A stretch of DNA of 47,032 nt from a virus: positions 1 to 47,032 of IMG/VR virus record IMGVR_UViG_3300020121_000217, one strand, 5' to 3'. The notes under the pieces were generated by a model. The model saw only the letters and a program-made list of their open reading frames with translations, made no database searches and was not told the origin of the DNA. Within the stretch, counting starts at the first letter, position 1. Every line of letters starts with the position of its first letter. Of this stretch, positions 32,019 through 40,207 are shown piece by piece. Made by a program: the position numbers and the translations under genes.

Positions 32019-32447
32019 ATGGCCGAACTACAGCCGTACCGCCCGGCCCGCGTCGAGTGGGAGGAGCAGATCCTGTCCGGCCGCCGCGATGCCGTCGAGG
32101 CCGAGCTGCAGCGCCTCGACCGGGCGGGCCAGCTCGTCAGCCGCGCCGGCGCGGTCGTCGAGAGCCGGGGCGTCATCTCGGTGAAGATCCGGCGCCGGGT
32201 GGAGATCGCTGGTGAGAGCCTGCCCGGCCCGCGCCGCGGACACCACCCCGGCTGGTACATCGGCATCCTGCTGTCGGCAACGGCGCTCGTCGGCGTCTGC
32301 GGCTGGATGGTGCTCGCGATCGTGTCCGCCGCGGCCGCGATCGGCACGCTCGTCCTGGGCGTCCTCGTCGTGGCCGGCGCGGTCGTCGTGCTGCCGAAGA
32401 TGCTCAGCGGTGACCGCTTCACCCAGATCATGAACATCCGCCGCTAA
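32019..32447 (+). CDS. Membrane protein (142 aa), Spd-like position
   Basis: ORF-track ORF. The C-terminal half is hydrophobic (WYIGILLSATALVGVCGWMVLAIVSAAAAIGTLVLGVLVVAGAVVVL). Confidence 0.65.
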   Translation: MAELQPYRPARVEWEEQILSGRRDAVEAELQRLDRAGQLVSRAGAVVESRGVISVKIRRRVEIAGESLPGPRRGHHPGWYIGILLSATALVGVCGWMVLAIVSAAAAIGTLVLGVLVVAGAVVVLPKMLSGDRFTQIMNIRR

Positions 32448-32464
32448 CCGCGACGGCGTACTAA

Positions 32465-32496
32465 GGATCCGGCCGCCATCGATGGCGGCCGGATCC
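32465..32496. terminator. 32-bp perfect palindrome (16-bp stem) between convergent genes
   Basis: GGATCCGGCCGCCATC|GATGGCGGCCGGATCC read directly. Confidence 0.6.
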
Positions 32497-32528
32497 GTGT
32501 GTATGGGATACCGTAATTGTTAACAAAC

Positions 32529-32756
32529 CTATGTATTTGTGACGATTGCCGATGCCCGTCTGGACGGCGTCGTCGCCTCACCAGTGATCACTCGTACCTG
32601 CTGGATCGTCTTGTATCCGCTGCGGATCATGATGTCGCTCTGCGTGGCGCCCGCGGCGCGTTCCTTGCGCATCTCGGCGTGAAGGTCGTCTTTGATCGCT
32701 GCGATTTCGGCAAGCGCCGCCTTGTGGCGTGCGCCGAGTTCGTCCAGTCTGCTCAT
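32529..32756 (-). CDS. Small hypothetical protein (75 aa), candidate regulator of the adjacent operator region
   Basis: ATG 32756 (MSRLDELGARH). The longer ORF-track N-terminus runs into the palindrome and is mirrored on the other strand. Confidence 0.55.
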   Translation of the reverse strand: MSRLDELGARHKAALAEIAAIKDDLHAEMRKERAAGATQSDIMIRSGYKTIQQVRVITGEATTPSRRASAIVTNT

Positions 32757-32773
32757 GACGCTAATGCTATCAG

Positions 32774-32811
32774 TAGTACTATGAATGGGAGCGCTCCCAT
32801 TCATAGTACTA
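32774..32811. promoter_or_regulatory. 38-bp perfect palindrome TAGTACTATGAATGGGAGC|GCTCCCATTCATAGTACTA within a field of AGTACTA boxes
   Basis: Verified arm by arm. AGTACTA occurs at 32775, 32805, 32834 and 32864. A 16-bp direct repeat GCTATCAGTAGTACTA lies at 32766 and 32855. Confidence 0.8.
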
Positions 32812-32850
32812 GCGCTAGTATATTCTGACCGAAAGTACTAGCCGTATCAC

Positions 32851-32880
32851 TTGTGCTATCAGTAGTACTAGCGCTATAAT
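32851..32880 (+). promoter_or_regulatory. Promoter TTGTGC-18 nt-TATAAT, with -10 ending 6 nt before ATG 32887 (leaderless-type); AGTACTA box in the spacer
   Basis: Hexamers and spacing counted from the sequence. Confidence 0.55.
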
Positions 32881-32886
32881 TACAGT

Positions 32887-33165
32887 ATGGACAACGCGGG
32901 AACCACCCAGACGATCGAAGACCTCGACGAGGCCATCTACCTCGAAGAGCAGGCCGTAGTCCTCGGACACCGCGCCCTCTACCTGGAACTGGTCGAGATC
33001 GTCCGGGCCGGATGGGTCGCCACCCTCGCCGACGTCCTGGACATCCTCCACAAGACCGGCGGCGACGCAGCCGAAGACTTCATCTGCGACCTGGACGACG
33101 CCAGCGAGTACGGCGAGCCGGCCACCCTGGCGATCGAGACCATCGAAGCCAACTACTCGATCTAG
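32887..33165 (+). CDS. Very acidic small protein (92 aa)
   Basis: ORF-track ORF with many Asp/Glu and very few Lys/Arg. Lower GC than its surroundings. Confidence 0.65.
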   Translation: MDNAGTTQTIEDLDEAIYLEEQAVVLGHRALYLELVEIVRAGWVATLADVLDILHKTGGDAAEDFICDLDDASEYGEPATLAIETIEANYSI

Positions 33166-33307
33166 ACGCCACGGGCGCCCGGACTGGGCGCTTAAAAGAT
33201 CGACAGACATGAATAGTACATATGAGACTCGAACAAAGGTCGTGTATCTTTCCGGGTCGATCTAACGGCCGACTCCCCTGCGAGGCGCCAGGACGTACCG
33301 TCGCCGA

Positions 33308-33667
33308 ATGGGATTCGTCGAATCAATGAACGCTGCCGCCGAACGCAGCGAGACCGCGCTGATGGGCTTCACAATCCACGATGGCCAGATCTCAGCGAAG
33401 AAGTTCTCCGAGCGGTCCATAGCCGGGCCGGTCGCCGGCGCCCGGGCCGAGGTCGTCCACGGCGCCGACAGCGCCCGGTTCACGGCTACCCGCATCGCCG
33501 CGTTCGGGCCGATCGGTCTGCTGATGAAGAAGAACACGACCAGCATCTTCATCATCGTCACGTGCACGAACGGTGTTGAGATCGTGGCCGAGCATAATGC
33601 CAAGAAGATGGAGGCGAAAGCACGGAAGTGGATCTCGAAGTTCAACTCGAAGCACCACGCGCCGTAG
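33308..33667 (+). CDS. Hypothetical protein (119 aa; ATG 33326 is an alternative start), moron-like
   Basis: ORF-track ORF with lower GC and Lys-rich composition, followed by a long hairpin. Confidence 0.65.
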   Translation: MGFVESMNAAAERSETALMGFTIHDGQISAKKFSERSIAGPVAGARAEVVHGADSARFTATRIAAFGPIGLLMKKNTTSIFIIVTCTNGVEIVAEHNAKKMEAKARKWISKFNSKHHAP

Positions 33668-33671
33668 CACG

Positions 33672-33716
33672 CAAGAAACGGCCCCGGACCTCGTGAGAGG
33701 CCGGGGCCGTTTCTTG
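33672..33716. terminator. 16-bp perfect stem hairpin between convergent genes (bidirectional terminator candidate)
   Basis: CAAGAAACGGCCCCGG ... CCGGGGCCGTTTCTTG read directly. Confidence 0.65.
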
Positions 33717-33786
33717 TCCGTATCCGCTCGGACCGCACGCCCGGAGCCGATCCCGGGTTCGTGGCTAGAGGAGCTTGCAGCCGATC

Positions 33787-34617
33787 CTATGCGGCGAGTA
33801 CGAACAGTGCCCGTAGTGTCGCGATCTCGGCGTCCGTCGACCAGGTCGACGCCAGCGTCGAGGTCTGCTCCCAGAAGCACACCGACTCGAGTGCGGCGGC
33901 CTGGAACTGGGTAGCCCAGTGCAGCGCCCATAATGCCCGCGCCGTGCCGGCGGGGTCGAAGGCGCCGCGGTTGGCACCGAACTCGCCGACGCTCATGGTC
34001 AGCCCGTATTTCTGGCCGAACGCGACGACGGCGGCGAGTTCGTGGGAGTAGTCGTGGTAGGCGATGCTAGTAGCGGACGGGGAGATTCCGTCGAAGTCGA
34101 CCGACCAGTGGGTTACCCCGTCGACGAGGAACCGTGTCGGGTCCTTGTCCGGGTTAACGAAGCAGTCGGCGGTCACGCAGACCTGCAGTCCCTGGACACC
34201 GGCCCTGACGAGTGAACCCATCTGGGCCTGCCACTGCAGCCGCACCGCGTCGTTGTCCTTGGCGGCCTTATCGATCTCGTGCCGCAGTGACTTGCGCCAG
34301 TATCCGGCCAGGATGGCCGCCACGGCGCCGAGATCGGCCGGCAGGGTGTTAAACGAGCCGACGACCTTGCGATCCGTCACCGGTACCGCGACGGGGTCGC
34401 CAGTACTGAACAACCGCACCACGGACGTCTTGGCGCCGTAGGTCTTGTCCATCGCGGACACGCCGGCCGCGGTCGAGGCGCCACGCGGCGTTCCGCCGAC
34501 CAGTGTCCGCACGGCCGGCGGTGGCGGCGTGTACGTGTAGGTGATATCGACGGACGAGCCGTCATCGTTGACGAACCCCATGCTGTGCGGGCCGTCCGGT
34601 AGCGCCTGGGTGGTCAT
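33787..34617 (-). CDS. Putative glycoside-hydrolase-like protein (276 aa), last gene of the late operon
   Basis: ATG 34617 overlaps the upstream stop by 1 nt. The alternating pattern with SVGEFG resembles TIM-barrel hydrolases. This is a weak call. Confidence 0.4.
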   Translation of the reverse strand: MTTQALPDGPHSMGFVNDDGSSVDITYTYTPPPPAVRTLVGGTPRGASTAAGVSAMDKTYGAKTSVVRLFSTGDPVAVPVTDRKVVGSFNTLPADLGAVAAILAGYWRKSLRHEIDKAAKDNDAVRLQWQAQMGSLVRAGVQGLQVCVTADCFVNPDKDPTRFLVDGVTHWSVDFDGISPSATSIAYHDYSHELAAVVAFGQKYGLTMSVGEFGANRGAFDPAGTARALWALHWATQFQAAALESVCFWEQTSTLASTWSTDAEIATLRALFVLAA

Positions 34618-34964
34618 CAGACCCGCGCAGGCCATGCGTAGTGGTACGGACCTTCGCCGACGCTCGCGGAGGTCGCCCAGAACGTGTCATTGCCGTCGAG
34701 GTGCACCTGCAGATTGACGGCCGACTCGGGCTTGTCGCCCCAGACACGGACAATGGTCGCTGGAAAGACGTCGCCGGCGCTGGCACTGTTGCCGACGTGC
34801 CCGACGTGGCCCGTACGGCCGGCCGCGCCGGGACTGACGACAACACCGGGCTCCGGGATGTTCGCGCGGGCATGCGCGTTGAAGTCGGAGCGGCGCTGGT
34901 TGATCACGTCGGCGTCCTGCTGGCCGAGCGTGTAATGAACGATACGTCCGATGGTGGGGATCAT
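34617..34964 (-). CDS. Hypothetical protein (115 aa)
   Basis: ORF-track ORF with ATG start. Confidence 0.6.
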   Translation of the reverse strand: MIPTIGRIVHYTLGQQDADVINQRRSDFNAHARANIPEPGVVVSPGAAGRTGHVGHVGNSASAGDVFPATIVRVWGDKPESAVNLQVHLDGNDTFWATSASVGEGPYHYAWPARV

Positions 34965-34992
34965 GATGCCTGCTCTCTGGGTAGATGGCGGT

Positions 34993-35030
34993 GAGCCACC
35001 CCGGGCCGCCTCGCGCGGCCGGGGTGGCTC
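34993..35030 (-). terminator. 12-bp perfect stem hairpin inside the late operon (attenuator candidate)
   Basis: GAGCCACCCCGG ... CCGGGGTGGCTC read directly; no U-tract. Confidence 0.4.
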
Positions 35031-35044
35031 GGCTGTTACGGGCC

Positions 35045-35395
35045 TCAGGCCGTCGGCGGGGCCGGTGCCGGGTCAGCCGTGTCGATCGCCGCGTCCGCGG
35101 CAGTGATCCGGGCGGTCAGCGAGTCGAACCTCGCCTCCTGGTCCGCGGTCAATGTCTGACCCGCGTCCTTCAGCGCCTGCAGGTCCGCGAGTTCGCGGGC
35201 CTCATCGGCCTCCAGCGCGGTCAATGCGGCGCCTTCGGCGGCGAGCTTGTCGTCGATCTCAGACATGTCGTTCCTCAGCTCTCTTTCGGTGATTCCCAGC
35301 GCCCGCTCGATGCGGGCGAGTCTGTCGTCGAGGCGGTGCCACTCGCCCGCCGGAACGGTGAGGATGACGACCTCGATGCGGCCGGGGGACGCCAT
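35045..35395 (-). CDS. Hypothetical coiled-coil protein (116 aa) in the lysis cassette
   Basis: ATG 35395 overlaps the upstream stop by 1 nt. Confidence 0.6.
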   Translation of the reverse strand: MASPGRIEVVILTVPAGEWHRLDDRLARIERALGITERELRNDMSEIDDKLAAEGAALTALEADEARELADLQALKDAGQTLTADQEARFDSLTARITAADAAIDTADPAPAPPTA

Positions 35396-35634
35396 TACGG
35401 CTTGGCCCCGTGCCGTCGTACCTGCTGCGCCTTGAGCGCGTCGATCGCGCCGGCGAGCTCGGCCGCGGCGGTGTTCGGTACGCGCCAGATGCCGAACGTG
35501 GTGCCGGCGGCGAGCGCGAGGGTGATCAGCTGGCCGATGGTGCCAGCTGGCCCGTACCAGGCGGAGGCGACGGTCAAGAGGATGCCGAGGGCGCCGACGA
35601 TCGCCTTCGCATACTTTTTGATCTTGGGTGTCAT
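35395..35634 (-). CDS. Holin candidate, two TM segments (79 aa)
   Basis: AIVGALGILLTVASAWYG and LITLALAAGTTFGIW. ATGA overlap. Sits after the lysin. Confidence 0.55.
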   Translation of the reverse strand: MTPKIKKYAKAIVGALGILLTVASAWYGPAGTIGQLITLALAAGTTFGIWRVPNTAAAELAGAIDALKAQQVRRHGAKP

Positions 35635-35969
35635 GTCGGGGTTACCCCTTGGTTGGCTTCGACGCGGGCGACGGCGTCGGCCATGGATGAGCCGCCGTTA
35701 CGGGTGACGGCTCCGCGTACGGTGCCCACGGCCGACTCCAGCGCGGTGATCCGCTCTAGGGCACCCGGGCGCGGCTGGATGCCCTTCGCCGGTTGCCCTG
35801 GGTCTCCTGTCCACTCCTCGACCATTCGCCGGTTCGGCTCGAGGTAGCGCCTCACGACCCAGCGGCCGACGCCGAGGATCGCGGTCACGATGCCGATCGC
35901 GGAGATGACGATCGCGAGGAGCGTCTGGGTGTGTTCGGCCGAGGCGCTGGCCGCCGCAAGGACCGTCAT
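35631..35969 (-). CDS. Single-TM membrane protein (112 aa), holin/lysis-accessory candidate
   Basis: ATG 35969 overlaps the lysin stop (ATGA). TM segment: TLLAIVISAIGIVTAILGV. Confidence 0.5.
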   Translation of the reverse strand: MTVLAAASASAEHTQTLLAIVISAIGIVTAILGVGRWVVRRYLEPNRRMVEEWTGDPGQPAKGIQPRPGALERITALESAVGTVRGAVTRNGGSSMADAVARVEANQGVTPT

Positions 35970-36889
35970 GGCGCCACGGTCACCGCGATACCGAGCTTGC
36001 CGAGTGCGGCGTGTACGGCCGCCTCGACGTCGGTCCCGGTCAGGCCACCGGTCGCCGGGGCCGGCAGCTCGGCGAGAACGGCTGCGGCGATGACCGCCGG
36101 GCTGGCGATCGCCTTCACCGCGGCGATCGCAGCGAGCGCGTTGACGTTGGCGGTGTTGGCCATCTCGTAGGTTTCCGTGATCGCGGATTCCAGGGTGATC
36201 CATAGGTTCGTCTTCACGTCGAACCGTGACGGGAAGTTGCGGAACTTGCCGTCGGTGTGGAGCATCACGTCGAGGTCGTCGGCGGTGAATCCCATAGCGT
36301 CTCCCGGGTTCCAGGCTGTGATTGCGGATAGGTCGATGCGGCACAGGTCGACGGTGCCGCCGGCGAGCGCGACGCCGTTGTGGTACTGCTCGATCGGCGC
36401 CTGCGCGGACGGTAGCCAGCGGCCGGCGGACCAGGCGTAGGTCTGGAACAGGCGCCCGACGTCTTGCTGGTGGGCGACGAGCCAGCCGAGCTGGTTGTAG
36501 CCGCCGTATTCGCCGTCTAGTCCGGCGACCGCGTGGAGGCCGTCGACGAACGCGGACACGGGCCCGGCCATCTCGGTGTCGGTGTAGTTGCTGTCGAGGG
36601 CGTAGATGATCGGCACATCGGGGGGCAGGCCGAGGCGACGGCCGATCGCGGTCGCGGTATTCGCCGCGGTGATGCCGCCGGTGCGGCCAGCGAGGGCCAT
36701 CCTCGAGGTTGTCTCGTACAGCGGTAGTAGTTTCACGCCGGCGGCGGCGGCGCGCTGGATGTAGGCGGCGGTGAGGCCTTTGCCGGGGGTGTCGGACAGG
36801 TAGCCCATGATGACGGCGATGTTCGCGGCGGCGGCCGCGGCCGGGTCGGGCATGTCGTAGGAGGCGTCGACGGCCAGGGACCAGGTCAT
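35966..36889 (-). CDS. Endolysin candidate with DUF1906/glycoside-hydrolase-like domain (307 aa)
   Basis: AGGAGGAGACATCGT-ATG RBS at 36889. The pattern LTAAYIQRAAAAGVKLLPLYE...PIIYALDSNY...EYGGY...QTYAW recalls Rv2525c-like/GH25-like lysin domains (from memory). Confidence 0.6.
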   Translation of the reverse strand: MTWSLAVDASYDMPDPAAAAAANIAVIMGYLSDTPGKGLTAAYIQRAAAAGVKLLPLYETTSRMALAGRTGGITAANTATAIGRRLGLPPDVPIIYALDSNYTDTEMAGPVSAFVDGLHAVAGLDGEYGGYNQLGWLVAHQQDVGRLFQTYAWSAGRWLPSAQAPIEQYHNGVALAGGTVDLCRIDLSAITAWNPGDAMGFTADDLDVMLHTDGKFRNFPSRFDVKTNLWITLESAITETYEMANTANVNALAAIAAVKAIASPAVIAAAVLAELPAPATGGLTGTDVEAAVHAALGKLGIAVTVAP

Positions 36890-36902
36890 ACGATGTCTCC
36901 TC

Positions 36903-37418
36903 CTATGCGGGCTGTGGGATGAGCCTGAGCCACGATCCGGCCTTGAGGATCGTGTTCGCCGCGTTGGACACGTTCTGTGCCCACTGCAGGGTTGCGAATC
37001 CGGCGGTGGAACCGTTGAGGACGGTGCCGCGCAGTGGTGCGCCGGTGATGCTTCCGGCACCGGCGGTGCCGAGGGCGTTGACCTTGTCGCTGAGCCGGAC
37101 GACGCCGTCGCCCGTGGCGGTCACGCTTGTGGCCAGGCCGTTGAAGACCCAGTAGCGGGTGGCGCCGGACGGTACGGTCAGCTGGAACTTGATCAGCGGT
37201 GTCGCGGCGGTGTCGTAGAGCAGCATCGCGTCCACGTAGTAGTTGATGTTCGCGGCGACCGGAACGGTGAGGTCCGGGTCGTCGGCGAACGTGGTGGTGC
37301 TGCTGCGGGTGGTGTCGGAGACTTTGATCGCGGTCACGGGCATGATGTTGTTGATCGCGTTGTTGAGCGCCAGGGCGGTGAGGGCCTGGCCGGCGGTGAA
37401 CGCGTAGATCGACGTCAT
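36903..37418 (-). CDS. Minor tail protein (171 aa)
   Basis: Sits after the large tail protein. Thr/Ala/Asn-rich beta-type sequence. Confidence 0.55.
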   Translation of the reverse strand: MTSIYAFTAGQALTALALNNAINNIMPVTAIKVSDTTRSSTTTFADDPDLTVPVAANINYYVDAMLLYDTAATPLIKFQLTVPSGATRYWVFNGLATSVTATGDGVVRLSDKVNALGTAGAGSITGAPLRGTVLNGSTAGFATLQWAQNVSNAANTILKAGSWLRLIPQPA

Positions 37419-37428
37419 GGGCGTGTCC

Positions 37429-39675
37429 TCACAGGGCCAGGATCAGCGGGGACCACAGCGACAGGGCATCGCCGGGCGAATGGAACTTGGCCACGCCGTT
37501 GACGGACGCCACGGACACGGTGAACGTCTGCGGGTTCGACGCCCCGGTGCAGCCGGACACGGTGACCCGCTGGCCGCCGACGTTGAGGTCGAACGGGTAG
37601 TCGGCGCCGCTGGTCGTCCACAGCGGCCCGGTCGTCGTCGTAACGGCGAAGGTCGCGGAGGTGCCGTCCCAGCCGCCGGCGGCGATGACGCAGCCGGCGG
37701 TGTCGAGGTGCCCGAGGACCGGGTCGTCGAGGGCGCCGACCTGCCATGGCGCGTACTGGGAGCAGGCTGCGGTCGCGGTCCACCGGTTGGTGTCGAGGGT
37801 CATCGTGTAGCCCTCGACGATCAGGGCGACGTCGTCGGGCGGGTGCTGGGTGGCTTTCTGGTCGATGTTGACGACGTCGGCCCGGTAGGAGATGTTCGGG
37901 GCGTCGAGCCATTTCTGGGCGAGCGTAGGGGTGGCAGTGAAGTCGAGCGGCAGCGTCGGGTAGCGCAGGCCTTGGACGGTGCCGAGGTGGGCGTTCCAGC
38001 CGGCGATGTTCAGCAGAGGGGTGTCGTCGGAGGTGTTGACCTGTACCGACGTGTCGTAGGTGCCGATGGTGTCGGTGCCGAGCGGCCCGGTGGTGGCGAT
38101 GTAGCGGGCGGTGGCGCCGCCGGTGCGGGAGACGGTAACATCGTTGCGGTTGCGCTGGTCGTCGTCGACGGGCGCGAACGGCGTCGACAGCTGCCCCAGG
38201 GCGACGTCGACGGTCAGGGCCGCGGTGAGGTTGTAGCGGGCGGTGCGGCAGGTGTAGGCGAGGCCCGCGGTGAAGCCGTCGTAGAGGACACCGCCATCGG
38301 CGGTTTCGCACTCACGCAGGACGTCGAGTATCGCGGCAACAGGCTGCGCACCCATCGCCATCGTCGATGTTCCGGTGATCGTGAACGGGATGCTTTCCTC
38401 GGCGCAGAGCCGGATCAGGCGCTCGTCGGCGGTTTCACCGGCCCAGCCGGCGGCCGGGGACCACAGGTTGTCGGACGGGTTCGAGGCCCACACCGCCAGG
38501 TGCGCGGCCAGGAACGCCGACGACGTTTTCGTCAGGAACGCCGGCGTGGCCGGGTTGACGACGATCGAGGTGATCGCGCCGAGCTGCTGGGCGGTGAACG
38601 CGGACGGGTCGACGAACGGGGAGCCGTCGACGGTCATCGTGAAGCCCATGTCGGCGCCGGTCTGGACCCCGTCGAGGATGATCGAATGCCACGTGCCGGC
38701 GGCCCACGCGCCACCGGAGTGCGTGTAGGAGACCGAGTTCGAGACCAGGCCGGGTGCCTCCGTGCCGACGTGGATCGTCGGCCCGTTGGAGCTGGTCGTG
38801 TCGATCTCGACCTCCCACACGGTGCCGGTGGCCGTCTCAATGTGCAGCGGCACGAAGTCCCCGGACGCGACCGACGACGAGAACGACAGCGCGACCCGCC
38901 ACGCGGACGCGGTCCCGGCGGGGACGGGCAGCGCGGCGGCCACGGAGCCGCCGCCGGAGAAGTCAGCGGACGCCGCCGTGCCGGGGCCGGCGGCGGCGCC
39001 GATCCCGACCGTGCCGGTGATAGCGAGCGCGGCGACGCCGGCGATCGTGGAGGCGAAGTTCACGGCGGTGCTCCCGTCCTCCATCGTCCAGTACGCGTAC
39101 GGGGCTATGGCCGTGGTGGTGATCGCCCGGTATGACGCGGAGCGCAGGGGTGTCTTGCCCTGGCCGAGGCGGCGCAGGGTGCCGCCCGCGGTGACGGACA
39201 CGATCGCGAGTTTCGCGGAGGTGTCCCAGCCGGGTGTGAACCCGACCGTGTTACCGACATACAGGACGGTCGGGCCGGAGCCGAGGTCCACGCGCACACG
39301 TACCGGCGTGTTGCGGCGCACGTTCGGGTAGTACATCGACGCCGGGTTGTACGCCGAGTACGCAGCGTGGCTGTTGAGGAGCGTGAACCCGAGGCCGGCC
39401 GCGGCGGCCTTCGATGTTTCGTCGCCGCGGCCCAGCGAGATCGCGACCCGGGTGGCGTACATGACGTCGGCTGTGACATCCGTCCACGACCAGAAGTCCG
39501 GCAGGCCGTTGGGGTCGGCACCGAACGCGAACTCGACCCAGATCCGGGCGGTCGGCCCGAAGATCCCGGTCATGAACGGCATGCCACCCAGCGACGCACC
39601 GTACTGCGGGCCGGGCAGGTTCCGGGACCGCAGTCCCCACGACGCCGCCCGGGCCGCTACCGATCCGGCCGGCAC
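37429..39675 (-). CDS. Large minor tail protein, Dit-like N-terminus fused to a Tal/receptor-binding-like body (up to 748 aa; start uncertain)
   Basis: IWVEFAFGADPNG...WTDVTADVMYATRVAISLGRGDE...YYPNVRRNTPVRVRV is typical of siphovirus distal tail proteins. GTG 39675 or ATG 39582. Confidence 0.7.
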   Translation of the reverse strand: MPAGSVAARAASWGLRSRNLPGPQYGASLGGMPFMTGIFGPTARIWVEFAFGADPNGLPDFWSWTDVTADVMYATRVAISLGRGDETSKAAAAGLGFTLLNSHAAYSAYNPASMYYPNVRRNTPVRVRVDLGSGPTVLYVGNTVGFTPGWDTSAKLAIVSVTAGGTLRRLGQGKTPLRSASYRAITTTAIAPYAYWTMEDGSTAVNFASTIAGVAALAITGTVGIGAAAGPGTAASADFSGGGSVAAALPVPAGTASAWRVALSFSSSVASGDFVPLHIETATGTVWEVEIDTTSSNGPTIHVGTEAPGLVSNSVSYTHSGGAWAAGTWHSIILDGVQTGADMGFTMTVDGSPFVDPSAFTAQQLGAITSIVVNPATPAFLTKTSSAFLAAHLAVWASNPSDNLWSPAAGWAGETADERLIRLCAEESIPFTITGTSTMAMGAQPVAAILDVLRECETADGGVLYDGFTAGLAYTCRTARYNLTAALTVDVALGQLSTPFAPVDDDQRNRNDVTVSRTGGATARYIATTGPLGTDTIGTYDTSVQVNTSDDTPLLNIAGWNAHLGTVQGLRYPTLPLDFTATPTLAQKWLDAPNISYRADVVNIDQKATQHPPDDVALIVEGYTMTLDTNRWTATAACSQYAPWQVGALDDPVLGHLDTAGCVIAAGGWDGTSATFAVTTTTGPLWTTSGADYPFDLNVGGQRVTVSGCTGASNPQTFTVSVASVNGVAKFHSPGDALSLWSPLILAL

Positions 39676-39678
39676 AGG

Positions 39679-40185
39679 TCACTCGTCATACGTCACCCAG
39701 CACAGCATGTTGACCGCGGCCGCGAACGTCACCCGCACGCGCAGGAACTTCGACACGGCGATGATCGGCCGCTCGTCGGGCATGAACTGGTAGTCGTAGG
39801 ACACCGGTGCCGCGCCGGCGGTCGGAATGGCGAAGTTCGCGTCGAACGTCCGCACCGCGGCGACGGTGCCCTCGACGGTCGCGGTGTATCCGGTCGCCGC
39901 GGTGCCGAGGGTCATCAGCGACGCCGGCGCGTTCGGATCCAGGGGCTGGACTCCGGAGGCGACGTGCGCGGTCACAGTCGCGGCGACATCGGTCTGGATC
40001 AGCTCGATGATGCCGCCGGTGGATCCGGGGACGGCGTCGAGTTCGTAGCCCCAGGAGATCAGCTGGCACTGCCGGGTCGCCGGGGTCGCGATCTGCAGCA
40101 TCGTCTTGATCGCCGTGCCGGTCGTGACCTTCGCGAGCGCGGCCGTGGTCTGCATCGGCGCGTTGAAAATCTTGTAGCGGTGCAC
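39679..40185 (-). CDS. Hypothetical virion-module protein (168 aa) between tape measure and Dit-like gene
   Basis: ORF-track ORF with beta-rich composition. Confidence 0.6.
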   Translation of the reverse strand: MHRYKIFNAPMQTTAALAKVTTGTAIKTMLQIATPATRQCQLISWGYELDAVPGSTGGIIELIQTDVAATVTAHVASGVQPLDPNAPASLMTLGTAATGYTATVEGTVAAVRTFDANFAIPTAGAAPVSYDYQFMPDERPIIAVSKFLRVRVTFAAAVNMLCWVTYDE

Positions 40186-40207
40186 AGCGGATCCCCGATC
40201 TGGTGGG

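Noticed and set aside
32757-32828. N-terminal extension MNGSAPIHST... of the minus-strand ORF 32529-32804, and the plus-strand ORF 32517-32828 ending ...MNGSAPIHST
   Set aside because: The same peptide appears on both strands only because both frames read through the 38-bp perfect palindrome. It is treated as an operator, not as coding sequence.
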